Part shown: positions 1 through 8,796 of the stretch, one piece after another
Layout: each line of letters opens with the position of its first letter
How positions within the stretch are numbered: position 1 is the stretch's first letter
IMG/VR virus record: IMGVR_UViG_2894682665_000004
Location: 309 to 64,308 of that record
Length of the DNA: 64,000 nucleotides
Origin: a virus
Taxonomy: Duplodnaviria > Caudoviricetes
Direction: 5' to 3' (one strand)
Notes under the pieces: model-generated
Told to the model about the DNA's origin: nothing
The model's database searches: none
What the model saw: the letters and a program-made list of their open reading frames with translations, nothing else
Made by a program: the position numbers and the translations under genes

Positions 1-1
1 C

Positions 2-1057
2 GAGAACGCCGTCAGCGAAAAACCCGAAGCCAACGACGTGCTGGCAAGCCTGATGACTGCGTACGCCCAGATGGACGCCGAGGGCCGGATCAGCAACGCC
101 GATGCCTACCGATCGGCGGCCCAGTCGCTGAAACGGTTCGTGGATGGTCTGAGCGACGCGGACCGGGCGCAGCTGCTGCCGACGACGGGCAAGAAAAGCG
201 CGAAAACGAACCTGCTACGCTTCGATCACCTGACGCCCGAGTTCCTGTCCCGCTACGAGGCCTGGATGCTGCAATTCGGCGCCTTCGCCCGAAAGGAAGG
301 ATCAGCCCCAACGCCGGCGTCCTTAACTACGGTGGGCATTTACCTGCGTCAGGTACGGACCGTCTTTAACACCGCCATTCAGGAGAAAATCATCGCCGAG
401 AACGCTTATCCGTTTTCGCGCAAAGGCTACGTAATCCCCACCGGCCGCAACGTCAAAAAGGCGCTGCGCAAGAACGTGATCCGCGATATCATGGGGTATG
501 CCTGCCAGCCGGGCACGCTGGAAGAGCGGAGCCGGGATCTGTGGGTCCTCTCCTACCTGTCCAACGGCATGAACCTGACCGATATCTGTAACCTGCGGTG
601 GTCGAATGTGAGCTACGCGGATCAGACGATTACGTTTGTTCGGAAAAAGACATCGCGCACCCAGCGGGGTAATCCCATCACCGTGCAGGCAACGCTGTTT
701 CCCGAAACCAAAGTGATCATCGAGCGCTGGAAGGGCGAGAGCCAGGCGCTGGGGGCGTTCGTGTTCCCCTTCATTACCGATCAGATGGATGCCCGGCGCA
801 AAAAGCGCACAATCGCTCAGCTGATCAAGACTACCAATAAATACATGAAGCTGATCGCTCAGGCGATTGGCGTCGATATCGAGATTCGGACCTACGAGGC
901 CCGCCACAGTTTTGCCTCGGCGATGCTGAAGGCCGGCGCGGATCTGGTGTATATAAAGGATAAGCTCGGACAGAGCAGTCTCAAATCGACCGAGTCCTAC
1001 GTGGTGAGCCTCCACGACGAGGACGAGCAGACGATGCTGCGCAATTCCCTGATGTAA
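2..1057 (+). CDS. Tyrosine recombinase / phage integrase (5' end outside window)
   Basis: Frame open from base 2; SAM-like N-domain, GMNLTDI, RKKT, YEARHSFA, LGQSSLKSTESY boxes of Bacteroidota integrases. Confidence 0.9.
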   Translation, partial: ENAVSEKPEANDVLASLMTAYAQMDAEGRISNADAYRSAAQSLKRFVDGLSDADRAQLLPTTGKKSAKTNLLRFDHLTPEFLSRYEAWMLQFGAFARKEGSAPTPASLTTVGIYLRQVRTVFNTAIQEKIIAENAYPFSRKGYVIPTGRNVKKALRKNVIRDIMGYACQPGTLEERSRDLWVLSYLSNGMNLTDICNLRWSNVSYADQTITFVRKKTSRTQRGNPITVQATLFPETKVIIERWKGESQALGAFVFPFITDQMDARRKKRTIAQLIKTTNKYMKLIAQAIGVDIEIRTYEARHSFASAMLKAGADLVYIKDKLGQSSLKSTESYVVSLHDEDEQTMLRNSLM

Positions 1058-1294
1058 TTATCGATTACGCAGCTGCTGACTGATCTGCTTTAGCTCGGAC
1101 AGGGTCGCCAGATTGGTCAGCCGGTACCCGCTGATCTGATCGCAGATGGCCAGGCTCAGCGACAAATAACTATCGACCGAGAGATTGGTCAGGTCATGGA
1201 CTTTCTGATATTCGAGTTGCTTGAGCGTTTGCTGGCTTGCGACCAACTGCGCTTCGAGAAAAAATAGACGCTGACGGAGTTGTCGACGATTCAT
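1058..1294 (-). CDS. Hypothetical helical protein (78 aa)
   Basis: ORF abutting integrase stop; ATG at 1294 (MNRRQLRQRL). Confidence 0.4.
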   Translation of the reverse strand: MNRRQLRQRLFFLEAQLVASQQTLKQLEYQKVHDLTNLSVDSYLSLSLAICDQISGYRLTNLATLSELKQISQQLRNR

Positions 1295-1328
1295 GGGTGG
1301 TATTACTGCCCTAAAATTTATGAGTTCA

Positions 1329-1385
1329 ATCCCTTTGCATTTCCTTTGCAAAATATTGAAAGCTGTAAAGGAAATGCAAAGGGAT
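1329..1385. repeat. 22-bp inverted repeat, 13-nt spacer; each arm has two CTTT(G/A)CA copies at an 11-bp period; candidate integrase arm/att site
   Basis: atccctttgcatttcctttgca (1329-1350) vs tgtaaaggaaatgcaaagggat (1364-1385), one mismatch; sits at the GC-to-AT transition after int. Confidence 0.75.
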
Positions 1386-1409
1386 ATTTAAGTTGAAAAA
1401 GAACATTTT

Positions 1410-2231
1410 TTAATGAACAGCATCCCATATTTTAACCAAATCCTCAATAAGAGAGCGCATTTTTGAAAGCGGGTAAGTACTTGCTGGATCTGAAAGCGCT
1501 TGCTCAGGATTAGGATGCGTTTCAATAAAAACTCCATCTGCCCCAACTGCAATGGCTGCCTTGGCCAGCGTTAATGTCTCATCTCTGTTACCGCCTGACA
1601 TACCTTCAGTTAAATTGACAATCTGTACTGTGTGAGAGCAGTCTACAATTGAATATTCGTCTTTTCGATTGTTGACTTTTAATTTAGGAACATCTCTAAA
1701 ATCCACAACTATGTCGTGTTTTCCAAAGGTCATTCCTCGCTCTGTTAGAAACAGTACTGCATCAGGATTAACATTTCGGATTTTTTCAACCTGGTAGAAA
1801 AGAGTTTCCACTGTCATGAATTCACCTTTCTTTATGTTAATTGGCATTTTAGAAGCCGCAACAGCTTCCAATAGATTAGTTTGCCTAGAGAGAAAAGCGG
1901 GGATTTGAAGGATATCAACATGTTGCATTATTTCAGGCACCTGAATCGATTCATGAATATCCGTTAACACAGGAATTTCAAACTCTGACCTAATAGTGCT
2001 TAAAATATCTAATGCTTTAGAGTTTTCCATTCCTCTAAATGACGTTGCCTTAGTTCTATTTGCTTTAGTAAAAGAAGCTTTAAAAATATAATTAATATTA
2101 TACTTTGCACAAAGCGTCTTTAAGTGATTAGCAATTTCGTAACATATATTCTCATTCTCTACTACACAAGGCCCTGCTATAAGTATAAATCTCATATTGG
2201 GCTTAGAAAGATAATCTTTGAGATCAGTCAT
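1410..2231 (-). CDS. kdsA: KDO8P synthase (3-deoxy-8-phosphooctulonate synthase), metal-dependent type
   Basis: AGPCVVE, KASFxKANRT, IPAFLSRQT, KKGxF, ERG, FIETHPNPEQALSD motifs; Cys/His/Glu/Asp metal ligands present. Confidence 0.93.
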   Translation of the reverse strand: MTDLKDYLSKPNMRFILIAGPCVVENENICYEIANHLKTLCAKYNINYIFKASFTKANRTKATSFRGMENSKALDILSTIRSEFEIPVLTDIHESIQVPEIMQHVDILQIPAFLSRQTNLLEAVAASKMPINIKKGEFMTVETLFYQVEKIRNVNPDAVLFLTERGMTFGKHDIVVDFRDVPKLKVNNRKDEYSIVDCSHTVQIVNLTEGMSGGNRDETLTLAKAAIAVGADGVFIETHPNPEQALSDPASTYPLSKMRSLIEDLVKIWDAVH

Positions 2232-2245
2232 CTAAAGGTTGTTTA

Positions 2246-3088
2246 TTAAATATATTTTTGCAGTGAATTGTCATTTATATAATTCGTATCATAGCTATTA
2301 CGATTGTCCATGTATTTTTTCCAAGACTCATTATTATCATGAAATATCGTGTTACATCTAAAGAAAAAATAAATTGTAAACGCCAATGTTATTAACATTG
2401 ACCCTTCAGAAAGAAAGCATATTATTCTGTACTCTATTTTCACTGTATTGTTGTCAGTTCCCCAGCCAAGCCACAGGAAAACGTTAGTTACAGCTATACA
2501 ACATAAAGCTAAAACCAACTGGAGAGTACAGAAAGTTTTGAACTCGAATCCAGCAAAATATTTTCTAACAGTTATATGTAAATGATCAACCTTTCCTTTA
2601 CTTCTGTTAGCCAGTATCCAGAGAGGCGCATAATCAGAGTCGTTAATCGATTTGGCTTGTTTTAAACGTTTAAGTAAAGGCAACTCATAAGCAAAAAACA
2701 AATATGTGATTTGGTGAACGGCTTGATAAAACCAAGAATTGCCAAAAAAAGTACTAATCAAAATAATGACCGACATCAATATTCCATATATTGAAACCTT
2801 ACCAATATCAGCAGAATTTGGGACTATGTTTTGAGCGATAAAACCAATAATTGTAATCTGAGCTAATATCAAGGCTCTAAACGATGAAAAAATATAAGAA
2901 GTCTCTGTGCGTAGAGCTTGATAAGACTGATCAAATTTGGGTTCTACAGATGGATCAGCTTTGGTAGATACAGGTTCTTTCTCGGCGAGAAGAGATGCTT
3001 TGTGCTTATTAAACTCGTCTTCCGTAATAGCTCCCTCCTGTTTCAATTTGTGCAAAAGTTCTAGGTTTCGCAACGAATCTTGGTTCAT
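2246..3088 (-). CDS. SHOCT-domain multi-pass membrane protein
   Basis: N-terminal LELLHKLKQEGAITEDEFNKHKASLL SHOCT motif, about 4 hydrophobic segments; stop 14 bp upstream of kdsA start. Confidence 0.75.
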   Translation of the reverse strand: MNQDSLRNLELLHKLKQEGAITEDEFNKHKASLLAEKEPVSTKADPSVEPKFDQSYQALRTETSYIFSSFRALILAQITIIGFIAQNIVPNSADIGKVSIYGILMSVIILISTFFGNSWFYQAVHQITYLFFAYELPLLKRLKQAKSINDSDYAPLWILANRSKGKVDHLHITVRKYFAGFEFKTFCTLQLVLALCCIAVTNVFLWLGWGTDNNTVKIEYRIICFLSEGSMLITLAFTIYFFFRCNTIFHDNNESWKKYMDNRNSYDTNYINDNSLQKYI

Positions 3089-3168
3089 TTCTGTGGTGTG
3101 GTTTAAAGTTTAATAGTAAATTGATAGATACAATTGAACTGCTGTATATTTAGAAAAAGATTGAAATT

Positions 3169-3768
3169 ATGGAATCAGAAGAAGACTCAAGACCGGAAAT
3201 TCAAATTAATTGGAAACCAATCGTAGCTGATGTTTCAAAAGTTTCCATTGAAGATTTGAAGTTCATTTTTGCTCAAGCCGAAAAACGTTTAGATGACAGC
3301 ATTAAAAATTTCGACATTACAACAACTAAGTCCACATCCTTTATTACTCTCAGTTCTACACTGTTGACTGCACTAACAGCTTACTTCTTTATTAATCACG
3401 ATCCTCGGGGAACATTTGACCCAAAGCTTTGTACTGTGAGTGTAACTTGCCTCTACTTGTTTGCAATTTTAACGCGCTTTGTTTGGATCATTTTACCGAA
3501 ATCAATTGAGCCAATAGGGACATATCCACAAGACTTATATAATGATAATGTACTTTATGAAGACCCAAAAACAGCAGACAACTCAGCAAAACCATATATT
3601 AAAGAGATCTATCTAACTGAATTGCAGAGTTATGATAGACGTATTCAGCACAATGAGACAGTCAATCAAAATCGCCAGAATGTATTCAATCAGTCGGTGT
3701 GGCTTATTTGTGCTATGCCTGTTATAGCCACAATACTTTATTCCTTATTATCAGTTTGTTTTTCATGA
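3169..3768 (+). CDS. 3-TM membrane protein, resembles Pycsar/DUF5706-type effector topology
   Basis: Helix-K-hydrophobic TM1, TM2, soluble linker, C-terminal TM; family by resemblance only. Confidence 0.6.
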   Translation: MESEEDSRPEIQINWKPIVADVSKVSIEDLKFIFAQAEKRLDDSIKNFDITTTKSTSFITLSSTLLTALTAYFFINHDPRGTFDPKLCTVSVTCLYLFAILTRFVWIILPKSIEPIGTYPQDLYNDNVLYEDPKTADNSAKPYIKEIYLTELQSYDRRIQHNETVNQNRQNVFNQSVWLICAMPVIATILYSLLSVCFS

Positions 3769-3887
3769 TCTTGGTCGCGTTCCCGATAAACTGGCCGGTT
3801 TGTACTAGGTCGGTCACGCTCTTCATTATGAGCTTTATCCCGGTTTACTTCTTTAGGTTTTATGCGTCTTTCCTCCTTTTTAGCCAT
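3738..3887 (-). CDS. Small highly charged peptide (49 aa, MAKKEERRIKPKEV...)
   Basis: Manually translated ORF, co-oriented and 12 bp after the 3900-4046 ORF; below ORF-track cutoff. Confidence 0.35.
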   Translation of the reverse strand: MAKKEERRIKPKEVNRDKAHNEERDRPSTNRPVYRERDQDHEKQTDNKE

Positions 3888-3899
3888 TTAGATCAAGGT

Positions 3900-4046
3900 T
3901 TATTTGGTTCGCCTTTCTTTGGGTTCATTTGACTCACGTAGTACCTGACGGCCAGTTTCATAGCGCTCCCGTTCGACTTGCGGTGGAGGTGATGGGGTTG
4001 GTGCCGGTGGCGGTGTTTGGGCTGGCTGGCTTGGTTCAGTTGCCAT
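3900..4046 (-). CDS. Small Pro-rich peptide (48 aa, MATEPSQPAQTPPPAPTPSPPP...)
   Basis: Manually translated ORF with biased composition. Confidence 0.4.
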   Translation of the reverse strand: MATEPSQPAQTPPPAPTPSPPPQVERERYETGRQVLRESNEPKERRTK

Positions 4047-4145
4047 AGTAGTGTGTGGCTTAGTCGAGGTTTTAGTTTCCGGTTGAATGTTATTGTCAGG
4101 CTTTATGTTATTACATTTGCAAGCAAACTATTCATACTCAATACA

Positions 4146-4340
4146 ATGGAAATCATATCATACATCCTTGTTGCTGTAGCACTCGCCGTCTGTGTATTCT
4201 GCGAACGCCGTATCAAACGCTATCAGGCGGAACAAAAAAGGCTTTTCGACGAGCAAAAACGCGAAATGACTCGTTTGGAAGCGAACATTGACCTGTTACT
4301 GAATAAGCTCAACTCGAATGTTCAGCTGCATCAGAATTAG
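4146..4340 (+). CDS. Small single-TM coiled-coil protein (64 aa)
   Basis: ATG at 4146, N-terminal TM; TACATTTG -7 box at 4112-4119. Confidence 0.55.
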   Translation: MEIISYILVAVALAVCVFCERRIKRYQAEQKRLFDEQKREMTRLEANIDLLLNKLNSNVQLHQN

Positions 4341-4348
4341 TTCTACTC

Positions 4349-5311
4349 CTATTCTGCTTTTTGTCCTCCCTCGCTAAGCAGTTTAGTCTTTGATTCAAGT
4401 AGTTCCTTGATTGAGAAATCGGGAAAAAGTGGCTTTATCTCATCAGAAGCTTTTATGGATGGGTAAAATTGAGCCCCCTTTTCTATAAGTGCGCCAATTG
4501 CCTCAATAGAGCCCCGCATGTTATTATTCAGGTTCGGCGAATCCTTATCCGCCATATACATACTTATGATATGCTGAGCCTCCCCTTCCTCGATTAGTTG
4601 AATTTTTTTTCGCTCTGCCTCAATAAGCATTTCCAGGTAGTCATTTTTGATTTCAAGCGTTCTTGCATGTTCAATAAATACTTTACCTTCTCTTGCTTTA
4701 TTTTGAATAGCAACAGCTGCCCAGATTAGATTTGCACATAATTTAAGCGCCATACCAGCAGCTCCAATTATTCCAAGTGTGATCCAAACAGAACCACTGT
4801 CAACTTTCTCAACAGTTACTTGGCCACCAATTTCTAAGACGGGTGTGTTAAATGACCTTCTTAGAAGATTAGCGGCCTTTTCCAGTTCCTCTAAGCTATC
4901 TATATGTTTTAATTCGACATCTAAGCTCTCCTCCGTTGCTTCTGTAAACTCTTTCGGTCCAACAAAATTTATAAACCTAATAACCGAACTCATAAGATCA
5001 ACTGATGCGTTGATTAATGCCTCTGCACTTGCCTTATCTGTTGGATAATACTCTCTAGTTGAGTTTTCAATTGGCTCAAGTATTCTTCTTATTAAAGGCG
5101 TAATCAAATAAGGAGCAAATAATTTAACTTTTTCATAAGCATCCCGAAAAACGGGTAAGTCATAAAATAAATGATCCTTATCAGGGTCATTATTATAATC
5201 GTGTTTTTTTAACTCTAGTAATGGGTATACTTTAGAAAGTATTCTGTAAGCTTGTTTATTATTCATGCCTTTTCTAGCGGTGTGGAGTAGGGTATAATTT
5301 GATGAAATCAC
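4349..5311 (-). CDS. Hypothetical protein (320 aa)
   Basis: Long AT-rich ORF in cargo operon; no motif recognised. Confidence 0.75.
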   Translation of the reverse strand: MISSNYTLLHTARKGMNNKQAYRILSKVYPLLELKKHDYNNDPDKDHLFYDLPVFRDAYEKVKLFAPYLITPLIRRILEPIENSTREYYPTDKASAEALINASVDLMSSVIRFINFVGPKEFTEATEESLDVELKHIDSLEELEKAANLLRRSFNTPVLEIGGQVTVEKVDSGSVWITLGIIGAAGMALKLCANLIWAAVAIQNKAREGKVFIEHARTLEIKNDYLEMLIEAERKKIQLIEEGEAQHIISMYMADKDSPNLNNNMRGSIEAIGALIEKGAQFYPSIKASDEIKPLFPDFSIKELLESKTKLLSEGGQKAE

Positions 5312-5493
5312 ATTTTTTCTTCCTCCTTCGCTAATCTCAATGAGCTTGGAAACATTTTAGCCGTTTTAAATTCGCTGTTTTTGTCAAACCAAACACAAAC
5401 AGCTTCCGCGCCGATATATCCGCTAAAGGTCATTATTGGACCACCTGATTTTAACTGCACCAAATCCCCTTGTTTAATTTTTTCGTTTTCCAT
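5308..5493 (-). CDS. YodC / DUF2158 family protein
   Basis: GDLVQLKSGGPIMT...CVWFD motif; start reassigned to MENEK at 5493. Confidence 0.85.
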   Translation of the reverse strand: MENEKIKQGDLVQLKSGGPIMTFSGYIGAEAVCVWFDKNSEFKTAKMFPSSLRLAKEEEKM

Positions 5494-5563
5494 TTTCTTA
5501 AAAATTAGATGAAAACAATACCACTTTATATTATATGCACTTTCATTAATACTGGCGATTAAT

Positions 5564-6397
5564 TCATCCACCAACTAATTCGTTACCCTTTCCCGAAAGG
5601 CATGCTTGTTTGAACTGAATACCGAAATCAGTAAGTCTTATTAACTTGTTATATGCTGATGCAGTGTAGTTGGAGCCAAGCACACCTATTAACAGATTAT
5701 ACTCTTCAGATCCCGTTAATCTATCGTACTCTGATATATCATTGAGTTTTTGTCCATATGGAATCTCAAGAATTCCTAAACGGCACAGATTATTTAAATA
5801 GTTTGGAAGAAGATCGGGTACTTTTACATTGGCCTCCATATTAATGTGTGAATAGTTGTCATAATAATTTAAATATCCGGGATTATCACCTCTTTTAACC
5901 CTGATGTCAACTAAGGGCTTTTTATCAGTTTCACCGAAAATATTTATTATTAAACCCTCATCTGAAGTTAGATTTTTGATGATTTCTACAAAGCTAGGGT
6001 GAGCCAACTGCACAGTATCCCTGTCCATAGCATTAGCTATTAGATTGGCATACATTTCTGCTAATGTTTCGTTGTGGCCAGTAAACCGTAAAGACTCTAC
6101 AGCTGGGCCAACAACATGAGGGTCAGGCGTGACAATATTTTCGGGTGGAGTATTGCTAAGCTTTTTCTCTAGGGTCGAAGTGAGCCAATCACTGATCTTT
6201 TCGTAGCCCCAGACTATTCCAGTAATTGGAGCTAAGGCTACATGAATGATTTTTGCGGCATTACCCAGACCTTTACCTACTTCTTGTAAAGCTGGCTGTG
6301 CTAAATCATTGTAAATTGGTACAGCTTGAACCAAACCAGTTGCCGCTTCAATAGTACCTTTTACAATACCTCCGCCATTGCTGTCTTCGTCTGCCAT
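5564..6397 (-). CDS. DUF4393 / Abi-alpha family protein
   Basis: PDPHVVGPAVESLRF...EMYANLIANAMD...AHPSFVEIIKNLTSDE...NNLCRLGI signature. Confidence 0.85.
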   Translation of the reverse strand: MADEDSNGGGIVKGTIEAATGLVQAVPIYNDLAQPALQEVGKGLGNAAKIIHVALAPITGIVWGYEKISDWLTSTLEKKLSNTPPENIVTPDPHVVGPAVESLRFTGHNETLAEMYANLIANAMDRDTVQLAHPSFVEIIKNLTSDEGLIINIFGETDKKPLVDIRVKRGDNPGYLNYYDNYSHINMEANVKVPDLLPNYLNNLCRLGILEIPYGQKLNDISEYDRLTGSEEYNLLIGVLGSNYTASAYNKLIRLTDFGIQFKQACLSGKGNELVGG

Positions 6398-6433
6398 GCT
6401 TTCCTTAAAGTGTGGATTAGGTGTATTGGTTAG

Positions 6434-7108
6434 TTAATTTGGTATATTAGGCACTGAGATTATAGTAGATGGTGCTGGGTCTGAAAGCTTAGTACTCTCA
6501 CTGTTATTCGTTGCAGCAATTCCCCGAGTCACTTTAGCGGGCAATACAAATAGAAATTCAGCGAGCGTTCGGGTAAATTCTACCGCTTTTTTAGCATCTT
6601 CAACAGATGGCATACTCGCATTTTCGTCAGCGTGCCGTTCGTCATTAGCGTCAAGCCGGACCTGATGCGCCCACGTTTCCATATCGGGGGTTAACAGTCC
6701 ATTCTTAGCTGCTTCGTCAATTCGCTTATATAGGCTTCCTTTCGAATACCCTTTCTCTTTTAGCATTGCATCTACAGCGCTCGCGCAGAGCATTATAGAA
6801 CCAGAAGGAGCAAACGTGGTTTCGATAGCCTGTTGAAGGAAGTTTCTTACTTTGGGTGGTAGAATATCGCTTAGCGTATCAACGCCTGGATAAGTTTCTT
6901 GTACAACTTTTCGGTTATAACCATCGATTTTTGCAGAAGCTGTTACAACTCCTCCGCAACGACTGCATTTATAAGTTCTCCAGTACCTGGTATCTTTACC
7001 ATTATCTGTTTGTGTATAAAATTCACCAGACACAAAGACTAAATTAGGCTTATCAACTGAGCAATGCGGACACTTGCCCAATTTTAAGTGATCATCAAGG
7101 GTTAACAT
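6434..7108 (-). CDS. DUF4145 (HEPN-like) protein with Zn ribbon
   Basis: CPHC/CSRC Zn ribbon; ASAVDAML...LYKRID...RLDANDERH. Confidence 0.85.
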   Translation of the reverse strand: MLTLDDHLKLGKCPHCSVDKPNLVFVSGEFYTQTDNGKDTRYWRTYKCSRCGGVVTASAKIDGYNRKVVQETYPGVDTLSDILPPKVRNFLQQAIETTFAPSGSIMLCASAVDAMLKEKGYSKGSLYKRIDEAAKNGLLTPDMETWAHQVRLDANDERHADENASMPSVEDAKKAVEFTRTLAEFLFVLPAKVTRGIAATNNSESTKLSDPAPSTIISVPNIPN

Positions 7109-7139
7109 ATATATAGGCGTGGTTTAGATAATAGCCTGA

Positions 7140-7421
7140 TCAAGCTTTATCCTTATTGCTCAGCTCTTCCAAAATTTTCAATGCTCTTGCGGCAATATCT
7201 TTGGCAAGAGCGTTAATTTCCTCTTCTACTTTTGCCTTTGCAGCTTCTTCGTCTTCCCCCCTCAAGTGCGCTAAAATTCGAGTTGATTTCATAGCAGCAG
7301 CAAGGCTCGTAGCCTCTATCCTGCTTAGCGAGGTAATGAGATAGGGCGTTAAATTATTTAGAGTCAGAGTAACGGTTTTGTCAAAGCGTGAATCTGGTTG
7401 TTGATTTAGTTCAGTTGCCAT
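7140..7421 (-). CDS. Hypothetical protein downstream of repressor
   Basis: 93-aa ORF co-oriented with cI. Confidence 0.6.
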   Translation of the reverse strand: MATELNQQPDSRFDKTVTLTLNNLTPYLITSLSRIEATSLAAAMKSTRILAHLRGEDEEAAKAKVEEEINALAKDIAARALKILEELSNKDKA

Positions 7422-7457
7422 GATTAGGTGCGGATTGGTTAGTGAGAAAAGTTAGGT

Positions 7458-8162
7458 TTAGTCAGCAGGAGAATCAATAATGCGCAGTATTTTCCAGATA
7501 TGGTGTATCTGATCTGTGGGTACAGTCGTGCTTCCATAATCGGGATTATCTGAGTGAAGGGTTAAAAAACCTTTGGTGTATAATTCGTTATCTTTTATGC
7601 GCTTTACGACGAAAGAGTCATTATAGCTTATTGCATATACCCCAGACGAGATATATTCCCAATCGGCTGGGTTAACTATTTTACATCGAATTTTTGTACC
7701 TTCTGAGTACTTCGGATACATACTTTGACCTCTAACTTCAAAGACTACATTCCGCTCTACGTTCTCGCCCCTCTTTATTATCACTTTTATCTTTTCTGCC
7801 TGACCGTAATTCGATTCAGGATCTGACATCTCGTTAAAGCTGCCCTGCAACGGGATTGAATAGTAAGGTAACCACGCACTTTCATACTCTTCGTCATCTA
7901 CCATTTTCAGTTCGACAGTCCCTTTCGGAGCAAACATTTCCCCTTGGCCGGTTTCCCACCAAATAGGGTTCAAATGCAACAACCTTACTAGTTCATTTGA
8001 CTTATGCTTACCGATAGGTCTTTTCCCCGCTTCCATCTGGTAATAATTCGATGGATTCTCCTCAAGTTTATCCGCAAACTGTTTAGGATTCAATCCAAGC
8101 GTCTCTCTTACTTGAATTAATCTTTGGGCTTTATCACTCACAAGTTCTAACAGTTCGGTCAT
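7458..8162 (-). CDS. CI-like repressor (XRE HTH + S24 peptidase)
   Basis: HTH (LGLNPKQFADKL...YYQMEAGKR), FEVRGQSMYPKY catalytic Ser, FVVKRI Lys; start MTELL at 8162. Confidence 0.92.
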   Translation of the reverse strand: MTELLELVSDKAQRLIQVRETLGLNPKQFADKLEENPSNYYQMEAGKRPIGKHKSNELVRLLHLNPIWWETGQGEMFAPKGTVELKMVDDEEYESAWLPYYSIPLQGSFNEMSDPESNYGQAEKIKVIIKRGENVERNVVFEVRGQSMYPKYSEGTKIRCKIVNPADWEYISSGVYAISYNDSFVVKRIKDNELYTKGFLTLHSDNPDYGSTTVPTDQIHHIWKILRIIDSPAD

Positions 8163-8174
8163 AGTAATAAAAAT

Positions 8175-8252
8175 ATAGTTCAAAAGATTTGCTTTGAATA
8201 GTTCAAATGAACTATATTTGCTATCAGTTACGAACGATAGCAAGCAAATCTA
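8175..8252. promoter_or_regulatory. Lysis/lysogeny switch: operator palindrome and two opposing -7 boxes
   Basis: ATAGTTCA-aa-TGAACTAT 8198-8215, extra half-site 8175-8182; TATATTTG (+) 8213-8220; TAGATTTG (-) 8245-8252. Confidence 0.65.
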
Positions 8253-8494
8253 TGTCAAATGCCTTCATAACGCAAGAAAACCCAGTTGAAACGGTAGCAA
8301 ATAATACACAAGCGTTTCGTCGTGCGTATAAGCGGTTAAATTCCGGTGAGCAGAAAGACGAGCAGAAAGCATTCTGCCGCCACTACTCAATCTCACCGCC
8401 CGCCTTCCGGGCTCGATTGTCTGGATCGACCCGCGTTTCGGATAGTGAGTTAGCTTGGTTCGAAAAACGCGTAGCAACCTACTTCCCCAGTTAG
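8252..8494 (+). CDS. Cro-like HTH protein
   Basis: Divergent from cI; FCRHYSISPPAFRARLSG HTH-like segment. Confidence 0.7.
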   Translation: MSNAFITQENPVETVANNTQAFRRAYKRLNSGEQKDEQKAFCRHYSISPPAFRARLSGSTRVSDSELAWFEKRVATYFPS

Positions 8495-8496
8495 CC

Positions 8497-8793
8497 ATGA
8501 CGCACGATGAACATAAAATCCCAGCCACTGAGGTTCTTAGGCAATTTTTAGCTGGAACGAAGACACCACAACAAATTCACGAAGCTCAACCCCCTATGCC
8601 ACAAGAAGAAAAGCAAGCCCTAGCCGATCAGATTCGGCAGAAAGCAACTGAGTTGAATGATCTCGTCAAAACCGCTACCGATGCCGGGCTAACGGTTGAC
8701 TTGACCACACCTGATATCTATCAGTCGCTAATTCGTGGTGCACAACCCAGTATCAAGATCGATATCAGAGAGATTCAAACCACAAAATTCTAA
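8497..8793 (+). CDS. Hypothetical early protein (paralog of next gene)
   Basis: ATG at 8497; shares LADQIRQ...AGL with 8797-9000. Confidence 0.65.
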   Translation: MTHDEHKIPATEVLRQFLAGTKTPQQIHEAQPPMPQEEKQALADQIRQKATELNDLVKTATDAGLTVDLTTPDIYQSLIRGAQPSIKIDIREIQTTKF

Positions 8794-8796
8794 ACA

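Noticed and set aside
323-1015. 230-aa minus-strand ORF
   Set aside because: Shadow of the integrase
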